A program made the position numbers and the translations under genes. A stretch of DNA of 64,000 nucleotides from assembly GCA_001643675.2 (NCBI GenBank), contig LSRY02000035.1:372001-436000 (forward strand). The letters run 5' to 3'. Below are positions 37,362 to 50,678 of this stretch, in pieces; the stretch's first letter is position 1; the number at the start of each line of letters is the position of its first letter. The notes under the pieces were generated by a model. The model ran no database searches. It was given only the letters and a program-made list of their open reading frames with translations, and was not told the DNA's origin. This DNA is from Monocercomonoides exilis PA203. Its lineage: Eukaryota > Protista > Preaxostyla.

Positions 37362-40300
37362 TTACGCGCCTGACCGTATCACAATAGCGATATCCTTGTT
37401 CTTCATATCACGAGCAGCCAAGATAGAGCCGAAGATAGCAACAGCCACAGACAAGAAGATAGTAACTCCAAAGAGAGGAGCCGGGAAGTGGTACTGGAAG
37501 GGCATCTCAGAGAACATCGTCATCTGCACAGTCAGAATGATAGCTAGGCCAATACCAATGACTGAGCCAAAGATGATGCACGACGCCACCAGAATGAGCG
37601 CCTCGTAGATGTAAATTCTGACTGTCTGCCACCCTGTCAGCCCAATCGACCGCAGCACCCCAAACTCCCACCCGTTCTCCCTCACATTCGCTGTGAACGA
37701 GATCCACAGCACAAAGAAGCACAAAACGATGGCAATCACCCCAAACACGATGTAGAAGATGTCCAGCACCACCACCGTGTCCTCTATCGTCGCCACCATC
37801 TCTGTCACATCCGTAATCGACGTGTCGCTGTCGATCCCTGCCAGCACTGTGTCCTTCACCTGCGACCGCTGCGCCTCAGTCACTTTCTCGTTCAGCCGCA
37901 CATACGCATTCTGAATGGGCAGCTGGAACTTCTTGAAATCTTCCTCAGATTCCACTTGCTCTGTAGTGATCAGGCAGTCGTGCAGCAGCTCCATCATCTG
38001 CGACTTCGGCACAACAACAGACGAGCCAGCAGCTGACGATGAGAAAGCACCAAACGACAGGCCAGATGTCTTCGACAGCGAAGCACGTGCTTTTGCCAGG
38101 AACGAGAGGGACGTTGTGGCTGAGGACTTGGCGTGCGAAAGGCGCACTTCAATGTTCATTGGAGTCTTCACATCAGCATGGATCCCTGCAAGCAAGCCTG
38201 TTGAGACAACAACATCGATGTATTCCTTGTACAGCGTCGTGGCGTTCTTCTGGATCTTCTTCGGGAAATCTCTGTTGCTCGTGTTTTGCCCATCAGGCGA
38301 TGTGTTCTCTTGTATCTCGTAGGTCTTCGGCCCTGTCAGGATCGAAATGGCTCCGTTCGGAATTTTCTCTTCAATCGGCAGCTTCACATTGCGCTGCTGT
38401 TCTGCCAGACTAAGATACACATCCTTCTTCCGCCCTCCGCCACGCGATGAGGCTGTGTCAACATGAGATGTCGGGAAGCTGATGGACGAGGTGAATGCAT
38501 CAGGTGAATAGAACTCGCTGTACGTTCCGCTCAGGAAGTGGTCGTCAACTGCAATGAGATTCACGTACCTCGAGTCAAGCGCATTCAGATTGCCTATCAT
38601 AACATTCGAGATTGTCTTCTGTGCAGTCAACGGGAATGTGGAGTACGAGTAGCCACTCACAGGGCTTCCTGGGATCGAAAGTGTGTTCTGCAGTGCAATA
38701 GCCAGAGAATCTGGATTGTGTGCCTTTGCAATTGAAGGTGCAGTGAACACAAGGTCTGATCCATAGCCAACTTTGATCTGGTCGACAATCTGCTTTGACT
38801 GCAGCGCAAACTCAGAACCAACAAATATCACAAAGGCCAACGAGGCAGTGAACATAATGGCTGTCTTTCTGTTCCTATTTCGATGCGAAGAGAGCGACTT
38901 CCTCACCAGCCCGCGGAATCTCTTGTCTCCACAGCACACAAACACATACACAAGCAGGCGCTCAAAGTAAGGCTCAAAGAACACAGCAATCAGAATCAGC
39001 CCAAGCAGCATGGCCAGCAGCACCCAGATGAACAGGAAGAGCACTGTTGCGATATCTCCCGAGAAGAACGACGAAGGCAGGCCGTAGAAGAGCATGAATC
39101 CAAGCGCGACCACTACCAGTGCCATCACAATGGCTGAGAATGAGATGCCCATTGTTTGGAGATTTGTGAATGTCACCTGCGTCTCCGAATTGAGCTGATG
39201 GTACAAATCCAGTGAATCTCTCAGTGTGCGTGTGATAGCGCGGTGGATTGGATAGAAGTTGGCTGCCACAGGCATCAGCAGCCCCAGGCATACAGTCAGC
39301 GCAACGGCTCCTCCTTCGTAGAAGAGTGGCATGTTGTAGTGCACAATATTCCCGACTACTTTGACTGCAATGAGAAGCGCTATGACTGACATCCCAATGC
39401 CGACGATCGTTCCGGGGATGGCATACAGCTGGCTCTGTGTGGTGAGGAGGAGGACAAGCTCCTTTGTGGTCATACCAATTGCTCGGATCATACCAAACTC
39501 ATAAGTCTTCTCCTCCACATCTGACAGCATCAGCGTGTAGATCAGAAGTGCACCCAGGCCAACCAGAATGATGATGGTTGACAGGAACATCTGGTCGAGA
39601 AACGTTCGCATTGTGTTCGTAGCCTGCATGGCGGTGTATGTGCTCATCATCACAGTCAGTGGCGACCCCACACCCAGTGCGTCGTATATCCCATCAGCCT
39701 TTGTCTTGATCTCCAGCGAGGTCTGCTCCTCTTTCTTGGTGTAGATGTCCATCCGGTTCTTGAAGTTGCCCACAATCTGCACCCAGTACTCAGATATGTC
39801 AATCCCCGCAACAGCATCTCGGATCTTTTCGGCATAATCTCCAAGCGGAGGTGGCTGGCTCTTCATCACTTCGTACATTCCCTCAGCAAGTGCAAACATC
39901 AGATGCTCTTTCTCAATAAGCACAACGTTTCCCATTGAAATGTATTTACCAGCTCGGTCGCTGATCCCATCCACCACTAAATAAAAATGGTCAAAGATTG
40001 AAAATATTTTGATTAACATTTAATATTCACAATTTTTTTCATTGAAATAAATTTCGAAATAATGCAAGCAAACATGTAAAAGAGACTTTTCCCTTTTTCT
40101 CAAACTGTTTTAATGCAAGCAAGATAAGCTCTTTTGGAACTGGTAATGATGGCTGGCTCTCAATTAATGGCATCAGAATTGCTGTCAGAATAGAATCTTC
40201 TCCAAATCCAAATGAAATCATATCTCCTGCAGTGTAATTGTACTTATTTAATAGTGTATCTTAAATGCATCAAAATAGTATCGTTATCAATGTGGTTATA

Positions 40301-41064
40301 TTTAAAGAATCAATCATTTAACAAAAGAAAAATAAAAATTTATCAAAATTTTTCGATTTCTTCAATAAATGTCTTTCAAACTTGATGCATGACATTCACC
40401 CTTATTAAGAGCCCGATGCTTCCAATTTCTACCAATTCCAATTTCTTTTTCTTTTGTTGTTTCTTGCGCAAATAATACGCACGAATCATCTTTTCCATTC
40501 ATCTGATTTGGTGGATTGCATATTCCAGGAATTTGAAAACGTGTGGATATTCCAAGCACATCCGGATCATTTTTTAACATTTTGTCAACCTCTGAAAATT
40601 TGATCATTCCTGTAGCTGCTGGTAAAATGGTCTGTTTTCGAGAGAAAAATATATGTGAAATATAGCAAAATAATAACGAAAACAAAAACAAATGCATACA
40701 AAGTCGACTTGCGATGCTTCATTTTCTGCAATGTTCCAAAAAATAACTAAATGTGATAATATTTCGAAAAAGTTACAAAATTACAACATTGGTGAAAATT
40801 TTAACCTGAAGAGAATTTCAATGAATTGTATAGAATTCTTGAAAAACAAGTGCATTTCGTATGTTGCAAAGATGTAAGTTGAGTCATGATGATAATTTGC
40901 GTGATTTAAATAATAATAGCAAACCCAATAAAAAAGATAACAAGAAAGACTGTAAGAACGCCAATAATAGGATTTCGCTTGTTTCTTCTAAATGAAGTGA
41001 ATATGTATTCGAACACCAGTGAAAATGAGCTGCAAAATCCTTTGCAGCAAGAAGCACAGCCCAT
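37362..41064 (-). CDS. FtsX/MacB/LolC-like (type VII ABC) permease with two FtsX-type domains, 6 exons
   Basis: Two copies of the family motif (EEKTYEFGMIRAIGMT; RENGWEFGVLRSIGLT), each followed by TM helices, plus two large extracytoplasmic loops. Five introns in the 5' part keep the frame from MGCASCC at 41064. Confidence 0.88.
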
Positions 41065-41219
41065 GTTAGTGAATGCTTTTAACCCTTTATTCAAACAATT
41101 CTGAAGATTTTTGTCATTCTTTCAAAAGAAAAAATAGTTAAAATATTGATATCCCACATATTATCTAACATATAGAACATGGATACGAACATTATTTTGT
41201 GACCTTAATTGTTTTTTGA

Positions 41220-44200
41220 ATGACTGACGATTGGATTTCTTTTGCTGCTGACGAAGAATTAACAGTAGATGACGATATTGAGCAAGCTATTTTAGATGAA
41301 GAATTTTTAACTGATAAATTTCTTGTTTGTTTACGATGTTGAATTTGTATTTTCTATGAATTTTAATGATTTCAATGAAATATTTCTGTAGCTTGAAAAA
41401 TCTGAAGAAATTAGCCTTGAAGATATCACCAATCTTGAATTAGTTATAGATACTCATTTTCAATCCTTGTCAAACTTGGGAAAGAGAGTCTCAAATCTTC
41501 AAGAACTCAAATTATCTAACAGTACAATATCCAGTCTCAGGTATTAAAAAATTACTTTTCAACCTTTCATTTATGTAAACTGTTATGTTTTCCATCGAAA
41601 TTGAAAATAAATAGAGATCTTGGATCGTCATTTAATAACGTTTCTGTGCTTCATTTAGTGAGATGCGGATTGAAGAGTCTTGATGGAGTCAGCCTTTTTC
41701 CGGTTGTTAGAGAGCTGTACCTGGCATTTAATCATATCGTTGATGTTAGTCCTTTGTCATGCTTGGATCAGCTTGATGTCCTTGATCTTGATTCGTGTGC
41801 AATATTTTTAAATTCTTTTTTTATATAATTGCAACAAATTTCAAAAATTCAAGAAATGAGATAGATTCCATTGACAGTATTTTATTTTTATCGAATTTGC
41901 CTATTTCTTCGCTGACGCTCGACACAAATCCCATTTCTGGATATGCTGATTATCGTCTAAGCGTAATTGGAATGATCAAATCTTTAACAACGCTTGACGA
42001 GATGGAAATAACAGACAAAGAAAGAGAAGATGCCACCCAATTAATGGAAGACAACCGAAAGAAAAACCTCAGCCGAGCCGGGAACAGCAGTCTGGCAGGT
42101 TTTGCCCAGCACCCAAAGGATGCCTCCTCACTTCGAGAGATGACAGCTGAGCAGCGAGAGCAGCTGCTGATTGCGAAAGGCGTGCGGACTGCGAAGGACA
42201 GGAACGTCTTTGAGCTGAACGACCCGCTCTTCCGCAGATGGGCTGAAGGATATGGCAGAGACGACGATGGAAGCAGCAGCAAGAGCAGCAGTGGTGGTGG
42301 TAGATGGGAAGGGAATAATGGATTCTTCAAAGGCGGAGGTTCGAATGGAGATCAAACAAGATATGGTTGGAGCGACTCTTCTTCTTCTTCTTCAATGCGT
42401 CTTTCTCTGCCAATGCGCCCGTCGACCGCTGCTGCTTTCCGAAGAGGAAGAGACGCAGAATTTGCTTCACTTTCTTCTTCAATGGACTTTTCTTCTTCAT
42501 CTACTTCAAGTGCCTCTTCTTCTTCCTCCTCTGCATCTTCTTCTTCTTCTTCTTCTCGCCATTCATTTCGCCCAGCCACAGCATATGTGTCACGTGGAGC
42601 CAAGCGGCCGTTTCAGTCGTCTGATCTCTCTTTCTCTCTTTCGTTAGCTTCCACTTCATTCGACTCCATCTCTTCTCTCTTCGACTCACCTCAGCACTCT
42701 GCACTCAGAGCAAATACTTCTTCTTCATCATCTTCCTCTTCTTCCTCTTCCTCTTCTTCCTCTCTCTCTTCTCTCTCCTTCTCATCATTCAACAACCCAG
42801 CACATCCAACCCCGCTTCCTCCGCAGTTCAGCCGGCGCTCTTCGGGTTCTGTCTCTCCATCGTCTATTGTGCGTGGCAATTCTCAATCACAGCAACACCC
42901 ACAACAACAGATGCAGATGCAGCAAATACAACAGCAGCCTGTTAATAACACTGCTTCTTTCCAATCTTCCTTTTCGCTTTCTGGGATAAACAACACAGCA
43001 CCAGCCAGCTCCTATTCTGTTCTGACGGCAGGTGATGATCCGAATGGGCCGATTGTGGGGAATGCAGCAAGAGCGATGTATTTGAGGACGCACAGGCTGA
43101 AAGGGAAGAAGGAAAGCGGAAGAGTGGGGGACGGGAGGATTATGAAGAGCATTCTGGGAGAAGGTGGGGATGGAAGGAATGAGAGGAAGAAGAAAGACGG
43201 AATGGAAGAAGAGAAAGAAATGGGAAAAGATGGGAAAAGGAATTCTGTGATTGAAAAGAGAAACAGAGAGAAAGAGAAGTTGGAGTTGATGAACTACACA
43301 ACAGCCATTGAGCGGCGTCTGCAGCAGATGAGAGAAGAAAGAAGGAGGAACAGAAAAGCAGATGAAGGAGAAGGAGAAGGAAAAGATGATGTTGATGGTA
43401 AAGATGATTCGAGTGATAATGAATCGTCTGCTGTTCTGAGCGATGAAAGCATCATCGACGATGTTCTGAAGACGAAGCTTGCGTCGATTGCCGACTCTTC
43501 GCTGACAATTGGGGGAAACTCACTCTCTTCCTCCATCTCTCCTTTCACTGCCCTCACACGCCCTTCCACCGCCCTTGCTGCTGCCCAGCGATCGCAGGCA
43601 GTCTCAAGCAGCAGCTTTGCTCTTTCGTCCACCCTGAATGCATCTGCTAACCAGCTCCATGCAGCAGGAGATGCATCATCATCATCATCCACATCGACAA
43701 CTGTGCTTATCTCTTCCACCACCGGAACTCGCATCACACCCCGCCCAATGACTGCTACAACAGCGGTAACACCCCCTTCTTCATCATCATCTCATCCATC
43801 ATCATCATCCATCACTCCTTCTGCCTCTGCCCATTCTCCCTCGCTGTCGCGCTCGCGCTCCCGCTCCTCCCGCAAGGCAGCTGTCCTGTCTGCCGAAGAC
43901 AACGGAGAGAAGATGGCACTTCCAGGCGAGTTCGACCACTTGCCGCTTCCAGACGCCTCCGCCGACCAGATCCCCATCTCCATCATCTCCTCCTCGCTTG
44001 TGTTTGAGCAGCCCTCTGCTTCACACTCACCTGAGCCTGCTGGCTCCCATCCCTCAAAGCCACACAAGCCCAGCAAGATTCCCAGCTCCCCTTCGCATAC
44101 TCCGTCGCTTCCTCTTTCTCCTTCCCAGTCTCAGTCTCAGTCACCTGCTCCTCCTCCTCATTCTTCCTCTCCGTTCTCTCCACCTTCTGTGTCCATCTCC

Positions 44201-44893
44201 TCTTCCTCCTCCATCACCTCCTCCTCTGACTTCTCTTCCCACACCCCCCGCCACTTCTCCCTCGATGCGTCTGTTCCGCTTTCTGCCAGCCGCCCTTCGC
44301 CTTCCTCTTTCGCTTCCTCTTCTTCTGCAGCTAATACTCGCTCTCCACACACACGCAGACTTTCTCCCTCGCGTTCTGCTCGCATTCAGATGGACCAGGA
44401 CTCTATTGGATTAATGATGTCATCGTCATCATCATCATCTTCTTCTTCTTCTTCCTTCCCCTCAGCATCTGCTGCTCCTACAACACCTCATCGTCAGCCT
44501 TCTGCTTCTCGCCCTCATTCAAGCCAATCTATGTCAACAACACCTTTCCGGCCATCTTCTGCTTCCTCTTCCTCTTCTTCTTCCTCCTCCTCCTCCTCTT
44601 CCTCCTCTTATGCAATGCACCGCTCCCCTCAGCAGCCCCTCCGTCCTTTGTCTCCCTCTCTGCGCCATCCAGTCTCATCCACATACACCCCAACCCATCT
44701 CCCTTCCTTTGGTTCATCCCAACAACAGCAACAACAGCGTTCTTCTGCAGACAGTTTGATTGATGCTGCGCTGATGGTGGCCACAGGTGATGCCGACAGA
44801 GCAAGAAACAGAGCAAGCTCACCGTCGCGCGCAGCGTCACCTCGCCGGCCGTCGTCTGGCATTGCCAGGCGCCCTCCCAGCAGAGAATATTGA
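41220..44893 (+). CDS. LRRC56: Leucine-rich repeat protein LRRC56/ODA8-like (axonemal dynein assembly/transport factor) with a long Ser-rich tail, 4 exons
   Basis: The spliced N-terminus LELVIDT..SLSNLG..NLQELKLSNSTISSLRDLGSS..VLHLVRCGLKSLDGV..LYLAFNHI.DVSPL..LDVLDL matches the LRRC56 LRR pattern as recalled. Confidence 0.8.
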
Positions 44894-44928
44894 GTGGATG
44901 TGAAATAAACAGGGAAAAAAAGATTATT

Positions 44929-44976
44929 TTGTGTGTGTGTGTGTATGTGCATGTGTATGTGTATGTGTGTGAGTGA
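44929..44976 (+). repeat. Imperfect (TG)n microsatellite in the probable 3' UTR of LRRC56
   Basis: Directly visible. Confidence 0.8.
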
Positions 44977-45709
44977 AATAGATGTTCTTTTCTTTTTTGT
45001 TTTTCTTTGGAAAGAATTTTTTTTTTCTGATAATTATGTTGCTGCGTACAAGAGGAGTTGGGACTAGAAAATGGGTTTATTTTGTCAGATGCGAAATTAG
45101 CTCTGTAGAAAGCAATAGATTGTGCATTATGTTTATTCATTTTCATTTAAATAATTTGAACTATCTCTTTCTTAATTTTTTTCATTAAATATCAAACAAC
45201 TTTTGTCAATAAACAGCATATTGCAATGTGCTGAAAATAAATGGGGCATAATTCTTTCATTTATGAAAAAAACAACAATTTGTTCCAAACTTTTTCAACA
45301 ATTTTTTCTTGAGAAATCTTTCATTCTCATGTCAAAAAAACATAGGAAATTTTTCAAAAATGAGAAATTAATTAAATGTGAAGAATGGAACTTAATTCAT
45401 AAAACAAAAAATATCGTCCCAAATAAAAAAGAATTGACGATGAAATCATAATTTCTAATTTGATTGACTTATTTTCTGATGATATGCAAAGAAACATTAT
45501 GAAAGAAAAAAAGTATTTTTGACAATGAATTGAATTTTTGTGCAGTTCAAAAGACATCTTTGAACTAGAAAAATATCATTCTTAAAAGAAACAAAGTCGA
45601 AAAGTGAAGTGTTTGAAGTGCCGATCCAATAAAAAGCAAACACAAAGAAAAGATGCGAATACAAATAGTATATAAAAGCAAGAAATAGCTTCCGCATATA
45701 TCTTTTCTT

Positions 45710-48059
45710 CTACCATCCGCTATTCTTCATCTTCCCCACATAATTATCGTTCTCATTCAGCAACCCGTCAATCCTTTCGCCAAGCACATCTTTCAATGCC
45801 TGTGTAGGAAACACAAACTTTATCTTCCCGTACTTCGGATTGGCCACACTTTCATCTTTCTCTTCATTGCTCTTCCTCTTCTCCTTCGTTTCTTTCTCCT
45901 TCCCTGCCTTCATCTTCAAGTTCTGTGCTTCCTCTTTCAATTTCTGCTTCTCAGACGCTTCCTTCTGTGCCTCTCTTAGCAGCGCAGCCACTTCACTTTC
46001 GCTCGAAATGCCCAGCTCATTCAGCGCTGCGTCCACATCCAGCATCGTCAGAGAGAGCTCGTCTATCGCCTCGTCCTTCACAGGCTTGCCAGACTCCGCC
46101 GATGAAGCCTCATCCATGTGTCCACTGGCTCCGCTTTCTCCTTCTTCTGCATCCATCTTTCCGCTCAGCTTATCGTCCTCATCACTTTCTGCTCGAATAT
46201 AGTCAATCTCCATTTTGCCATCTTCGCTTTCTCCTTCTTTCTCAACCTTTGCCGACTTCAATCCTTCCGCCTCTGCCTCCTCCTCGCTCACGGCTTCAAA
46301 CATCGGGTGGTTCATCAGCCTCTTCAGCGCCTCGATGATCGCTCCAGCAATGCACTCAGCGTCGAGCCTTGTCTCCGCATCGTCTGAATGCAGCGACGGG
46401 CGCAGGAACGCCAAATAGCTCGCCAAGTGCGGAAGGAGCAGCTGGTGGAAGGCGTGCGGCCCCAGCGCAATCAGCCCGAAGAGCGCGCCGAAGTGGGAAG
46501 AGAGCGAGCGGGACGGGTCTGTCAGGCAGGAGATGTATGTGGAGGAAAGGCGCGGGATGAACGTGGTGGACGTGATGCCCACCCTTCGCCCGATCGTGGC
46601 CAGCTGGATCGCTGCCATCTTGCGCACGTCGTAGTGCGTGATGCGTGAAACGGAGGAGGGCTGCCCAGGAAGCGCTGCATACGCAGATAGTGGTTCCTCG
46701 TCGTCAGTCAGGTCGCTGTGCAGATACTTCTCTCGCTCAAGCTCCTTCTCTCTCATGTCCACTCCGTCAGGGCGCATCTTCTTAGCTCCGTAAATCGAAT
46801 ACGACGATGAGGAAGAGGAGGAAGAAGAAGAAGAAGAAGAAGCTGAGCCGCTGGAAGAAGACTGCGAGGCCAGAGAAAAGTTTGAGAAGAAGGCAGAAAG
46901 GGTGCGCTCTGTTGTGACGCGGTCGTCCACTGTGCCCAGTTTGTTGGCGAGGCAGCACGTGAGGAGAGCAGGGACAATGATGTGCAGATAGGGAGAGAGG
47001 TTGAAGAACGGGGAGGCAAGCATCGACTGCACGAAGCAGAGAATGCCCATCAAGTGCGGGAGCGAATGAAGATGCCGCACTGTCTCAGAGCTGATGAAAA
47101 GTGCAAAATATGGGACTAACTGCTGCAGTCCTGCATCGCAAGCAACTGCACCAAGAACAGATAGCAGGCGCTGTTGAGGTTCTGATAGTTGCTGCATAAG
47201 CATTGGCGATGATGCAACTTCGATATATGTTTCTGGAGAAAAGGGTGGAAAAGAGCCGTTTGTCAATTCTTGGAGTATTGTAGTTGACTTGTTGTAAAAT
47301 AGTTGATGCTCTGCCGAAAGCTCATGTCTCAGTGGTGGTTTGACTTCAATTCCAATTTCAGCTTCATCATCCTTCTGATCACTGTTCATTTTCGATCGAG
47401 TTCGTTTTAGTAGTTCCAATTCTTTCTTAATTTCTGGTGATGAATGCCGAAGACTTGTTTGAGAAAGTGGATTTGTTGGATCAGAAAGAAGAGCTTCACG
47501 AAGATCAGGAGGCAATGGATTTTGAGGAATAAGAGGCTGCACTCCTCCAACGGCAAGCCAATGTGCTGTGAATGTTGGAGGATGTGGAACTTCTGGAAGT
47601 GGGCTATTTATTATCTAAAAAATTTTCATTTTAAACAAGATCATAAAAAGAGATAAAAAATTGTGAAAGTAACAACAAATAACAAAATACATCGCTTAGT
47701 GAAATTTCTTCGTTGTCGTGGTGAAACAAACCAGGGACACCTGGAACTGTTCGAAAAGGAATATCTTCAGATTGATCATAACCAAACACAGGCTATAAAA
47801 GGTTTAAATTATTGTTGTTTATTTTTAAAAAAATGCATTTAACTAATTATAAAACAACCTGCAGTCCATGATCTTGAAGTGCGTGGTTTATGTCTTCTGG
47901 TGACAAAACAGTTCGTTTTGACAAACGCATGTATCTTGCAGCATCTTTAATTACAAAACGTAATTCTTCTTCAACATATCTTGACATTGCATTTGCACCA
48001 TCTGAAGTTAATTTAATGTCAAGAGATTGTGCAACAACCTGGGCAAAAGACGAAAACAT
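45710..48059 (-). CDS. TAF6: TFIID subunit TAF6, 3 exons
   Basis: Histone fold (VVAQSL..DAARYMRLSKRTVLSPEDINHAL), HWLAVGGVQPLIPQNP, HELSAEHQLFY, GLQQLVPYF and SHFGALFGLIALG motifs. Start codon is uncertain. Confidence 0.92.
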
Positions 48060-48684
48060 TTTTTGGAAATTAATAATTAATAATGGTTAAAAAATATGTT
48101 GAAAATATCAATGTTTTGTCTTTCACCAAGGTTTCATTATCCGAGAATAAAGAAGGCCTTTACGACAAGGAAAGATAATGCGATGATTGTCGGTCGAATG
48201 ACGAAACTTGTGTCGAGTGTTTTTTTTTTTTTTTTTCAGTTTCAATTCAATCAAAAAAATAAATAAATAAAAAATTATTATTATTATAAAAATGCAGTTT
48301 TAAAATAAATTTAGGTGAAATTTAAATTTGAAGAGGGGGAAAAAACTAACAATAAGCATTGTTGTACAGAAGGGATTGGAAATATTACTGACAGCTGAAG
48401 AGAAAGAGACACGTTGTGATGAATGTAATTATTAATATCAATGAAGTTATTTAATAAAAGAAATTGAGCACTCGTTGAGAAAAAAAAAATAAGTCAAAGC
48501 AATGAGAAAAGGAAGGCTGGCTGGAAAAGTTGGCAAATTTGCAACAGCAGTCTGGAAAAAGGAACAAAGAATAATGTATATCATTTATATTGAATCAAAA
48601 TCTTGGAAATGTTTGACATTGAAAAATACAAGGGAATTGATTTGTTGTTTCATTTTTCAAATATTTTTACTATTAATTTTGCAG

Positions 48685-49846
48685 ATGGAACATGTAAAAA
48701 ACAATGAATGTGAAGATTCATCAATTGCCGAAGATTCAATGTGTGCAGTGAATAGCCTTGTGAAGCTTTCCCAGAAGCTGAACGCAGGAACCAAGAAGAT
48801 TTTGGCAATGAAACGACTGACTGTTTTATATAAAAGTGTTTTCAAACCATGGTGCAAAACACTCGACCCGTTGCATGAATCATATCATCATATTTCAGCT
48901 TTGATCGTGAATGTTGATGAATCTTCAACACGAGTTCCCACAACTTCGTATGGACTCGTGATTTGCAAAACTGATACGAAAGCAGGTTTCACGAAAGAAC
49001 CGCCAAGAATGATTAATTCAACATTCGTGGCAGATGTTGCAGCGGATGGATATGCCTTTCCTTTTGTCATTTTGTGGCCAAGTTTAAAGCTCCCAGAAGA
49101 GCTGAAAAGCCTGTTATCTCCAACGCTTGAGATATGGGCAAATGAAAGCAGCTGGATAAACAACGTGTGCCTTTAAAGGGATGCTCTCACAGTTCTTCTT
49201 CTTTCTGTCATCGAAAGAAGAAAGCGCATGTCACTTGAAAACGAACACATTCTTCTCCTTCTTGACTCTCATTCATCTCGCGCAGATCCATCGATCTGGC
49301 GAGAATTCCAAAAACAACAAGTCGACGTTTTCACCTTCGTGCCACATAGCACACAACTCTGTCAGCCGAAGAAAAAGGAGCGCTTGCTGTTTCCAGTCTG
49401 AGTTATCAAATTGATTTGAAGTTCCATCTTCTTCTTTTTTTTCTTAACAAGCAACTATTTCCGACGTTCTGCCTCAAGCCATCCACACTGCATTATCTCC
49501 TTCTGTAATTCAGAAAGCTTTCGTTTGAAGTGGTGTGCTACACAATTCTTCTGGGCCAGTTCTTTTGAAACTGCCTGAATCTTCGATTAATACTCTTCCA
49601 ACTCGCAGAAATGGATTCAACTTTTATGGAAAAGTGACGACCGACGAAAATCTTTCAGTGAAATGGGAAAATCATTAGAAAATGAATATTGAATGGAAAA
49701 ATGAAATGGATGAAAAGGAAAAAGATGAAGTGAAGACTGTTGCAGATAAAAAGAAAAAAATAAAAAGAAAATTTCTTCATGTTAAAAACGATGATTCTGA
49801 CGATGAAAAAAAGACAATGCATTTTATCTATTCGAAGGAAAAATGA
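48685..49846 (+). pseudogene. Degenerate pogo/Tigger-like DDE_1 transposase (Tc1/mariner superfamily)
   Basis: Motifs IVNVDES, WANESSWIN, ILLLLDSHSSR and FVPHSTQLCQP. There is an in-frame TAA at 49174-49176, the QPLD motif is disrupted, and later frameshifts and stops occur. Confidence 0.85.
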
Positions 49847-50678
49847 AAAATAATAAGATGAAATAATACTGGTTTTGTTTTTTAAAAATTTAGTTGTTAT
49901 TTTGAATTTATATAATATCATTTTTTTATTTGTGTGATAATTTCACAAATCAGAACTTTTTTCTGTGTGTCAATCATTCAAAGTGATGTTTTTTATCATT
50001 CACAGAATGATATCATTCATGTGTTAAATGTGTCGCAAATGTTAAAAACAACGATGTTTGAGATCATATTCATAAAGAATTATCTAAAAAATGAGAGATT
50101 TCTTTTCTGTTCTCATTTGTTTATATTCAAAGTGAATTTTCAAACAGAAAATTTTTATGGATAAAAAAAGATTTAAAAATAATCATCCAATTTTTTATTT
50201 TTTCGAGTTTTTTCGAATTTTTTTTTTTGAAAATAACTGAGAAATTATGTTTCAATTATAATATATTTATAAAAAAGAAAAAGAAAAGAAAAAACGGAAT
50301 TCAAAAATTTAAAAATAATGTGCAACAAATATTAACTTTATTTGTTTAAAGAAAAGGAGAATACAAATTTGTAATTATTTAAATTCTCTGAATTCAAGAA
50401 TAATTTATAAAAATTCTCATTAAATTATCATTTTTACAATAATCAGTACGATTTTTTCATTAAACAAATAAAAAACAAAGAAGAAAAATTGAAATAAAGA
50501 TTTTTTCAAAATATAAATATAAAACCTGTACATAATTGTTAAAATTATCTCCCAAAACGAATTTCTCAAAAGCACACAAACAATTGAAATAAAAAAATAC
50601 ATGAATAAACTCTTAATCTTTCTCACAGTACAGTAAAAAAATAAATACGATAAATATCGACTCTTTTCATCGTTCTGT

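Noticed and set aside
37280-37370. Possible extra GC-AG intron extending the permease C-terminus
   Set aside because: The ORF already ends naturally just after the last FtsX motif (IAIVIRSGA-stop), so no intron is needed.
37362-40019. Bacterial contamination or very recent HGT of the permease
   Set aside because: It has five spliceosomal introns with the host donor consensus and is flanked by eukaryotic genes.
48218-48236. Poly-T run as a retroposon tail
   Set aside because: No target-site duplication or retroelement body seen. Homopolymers are common in these AT-rich spacers.
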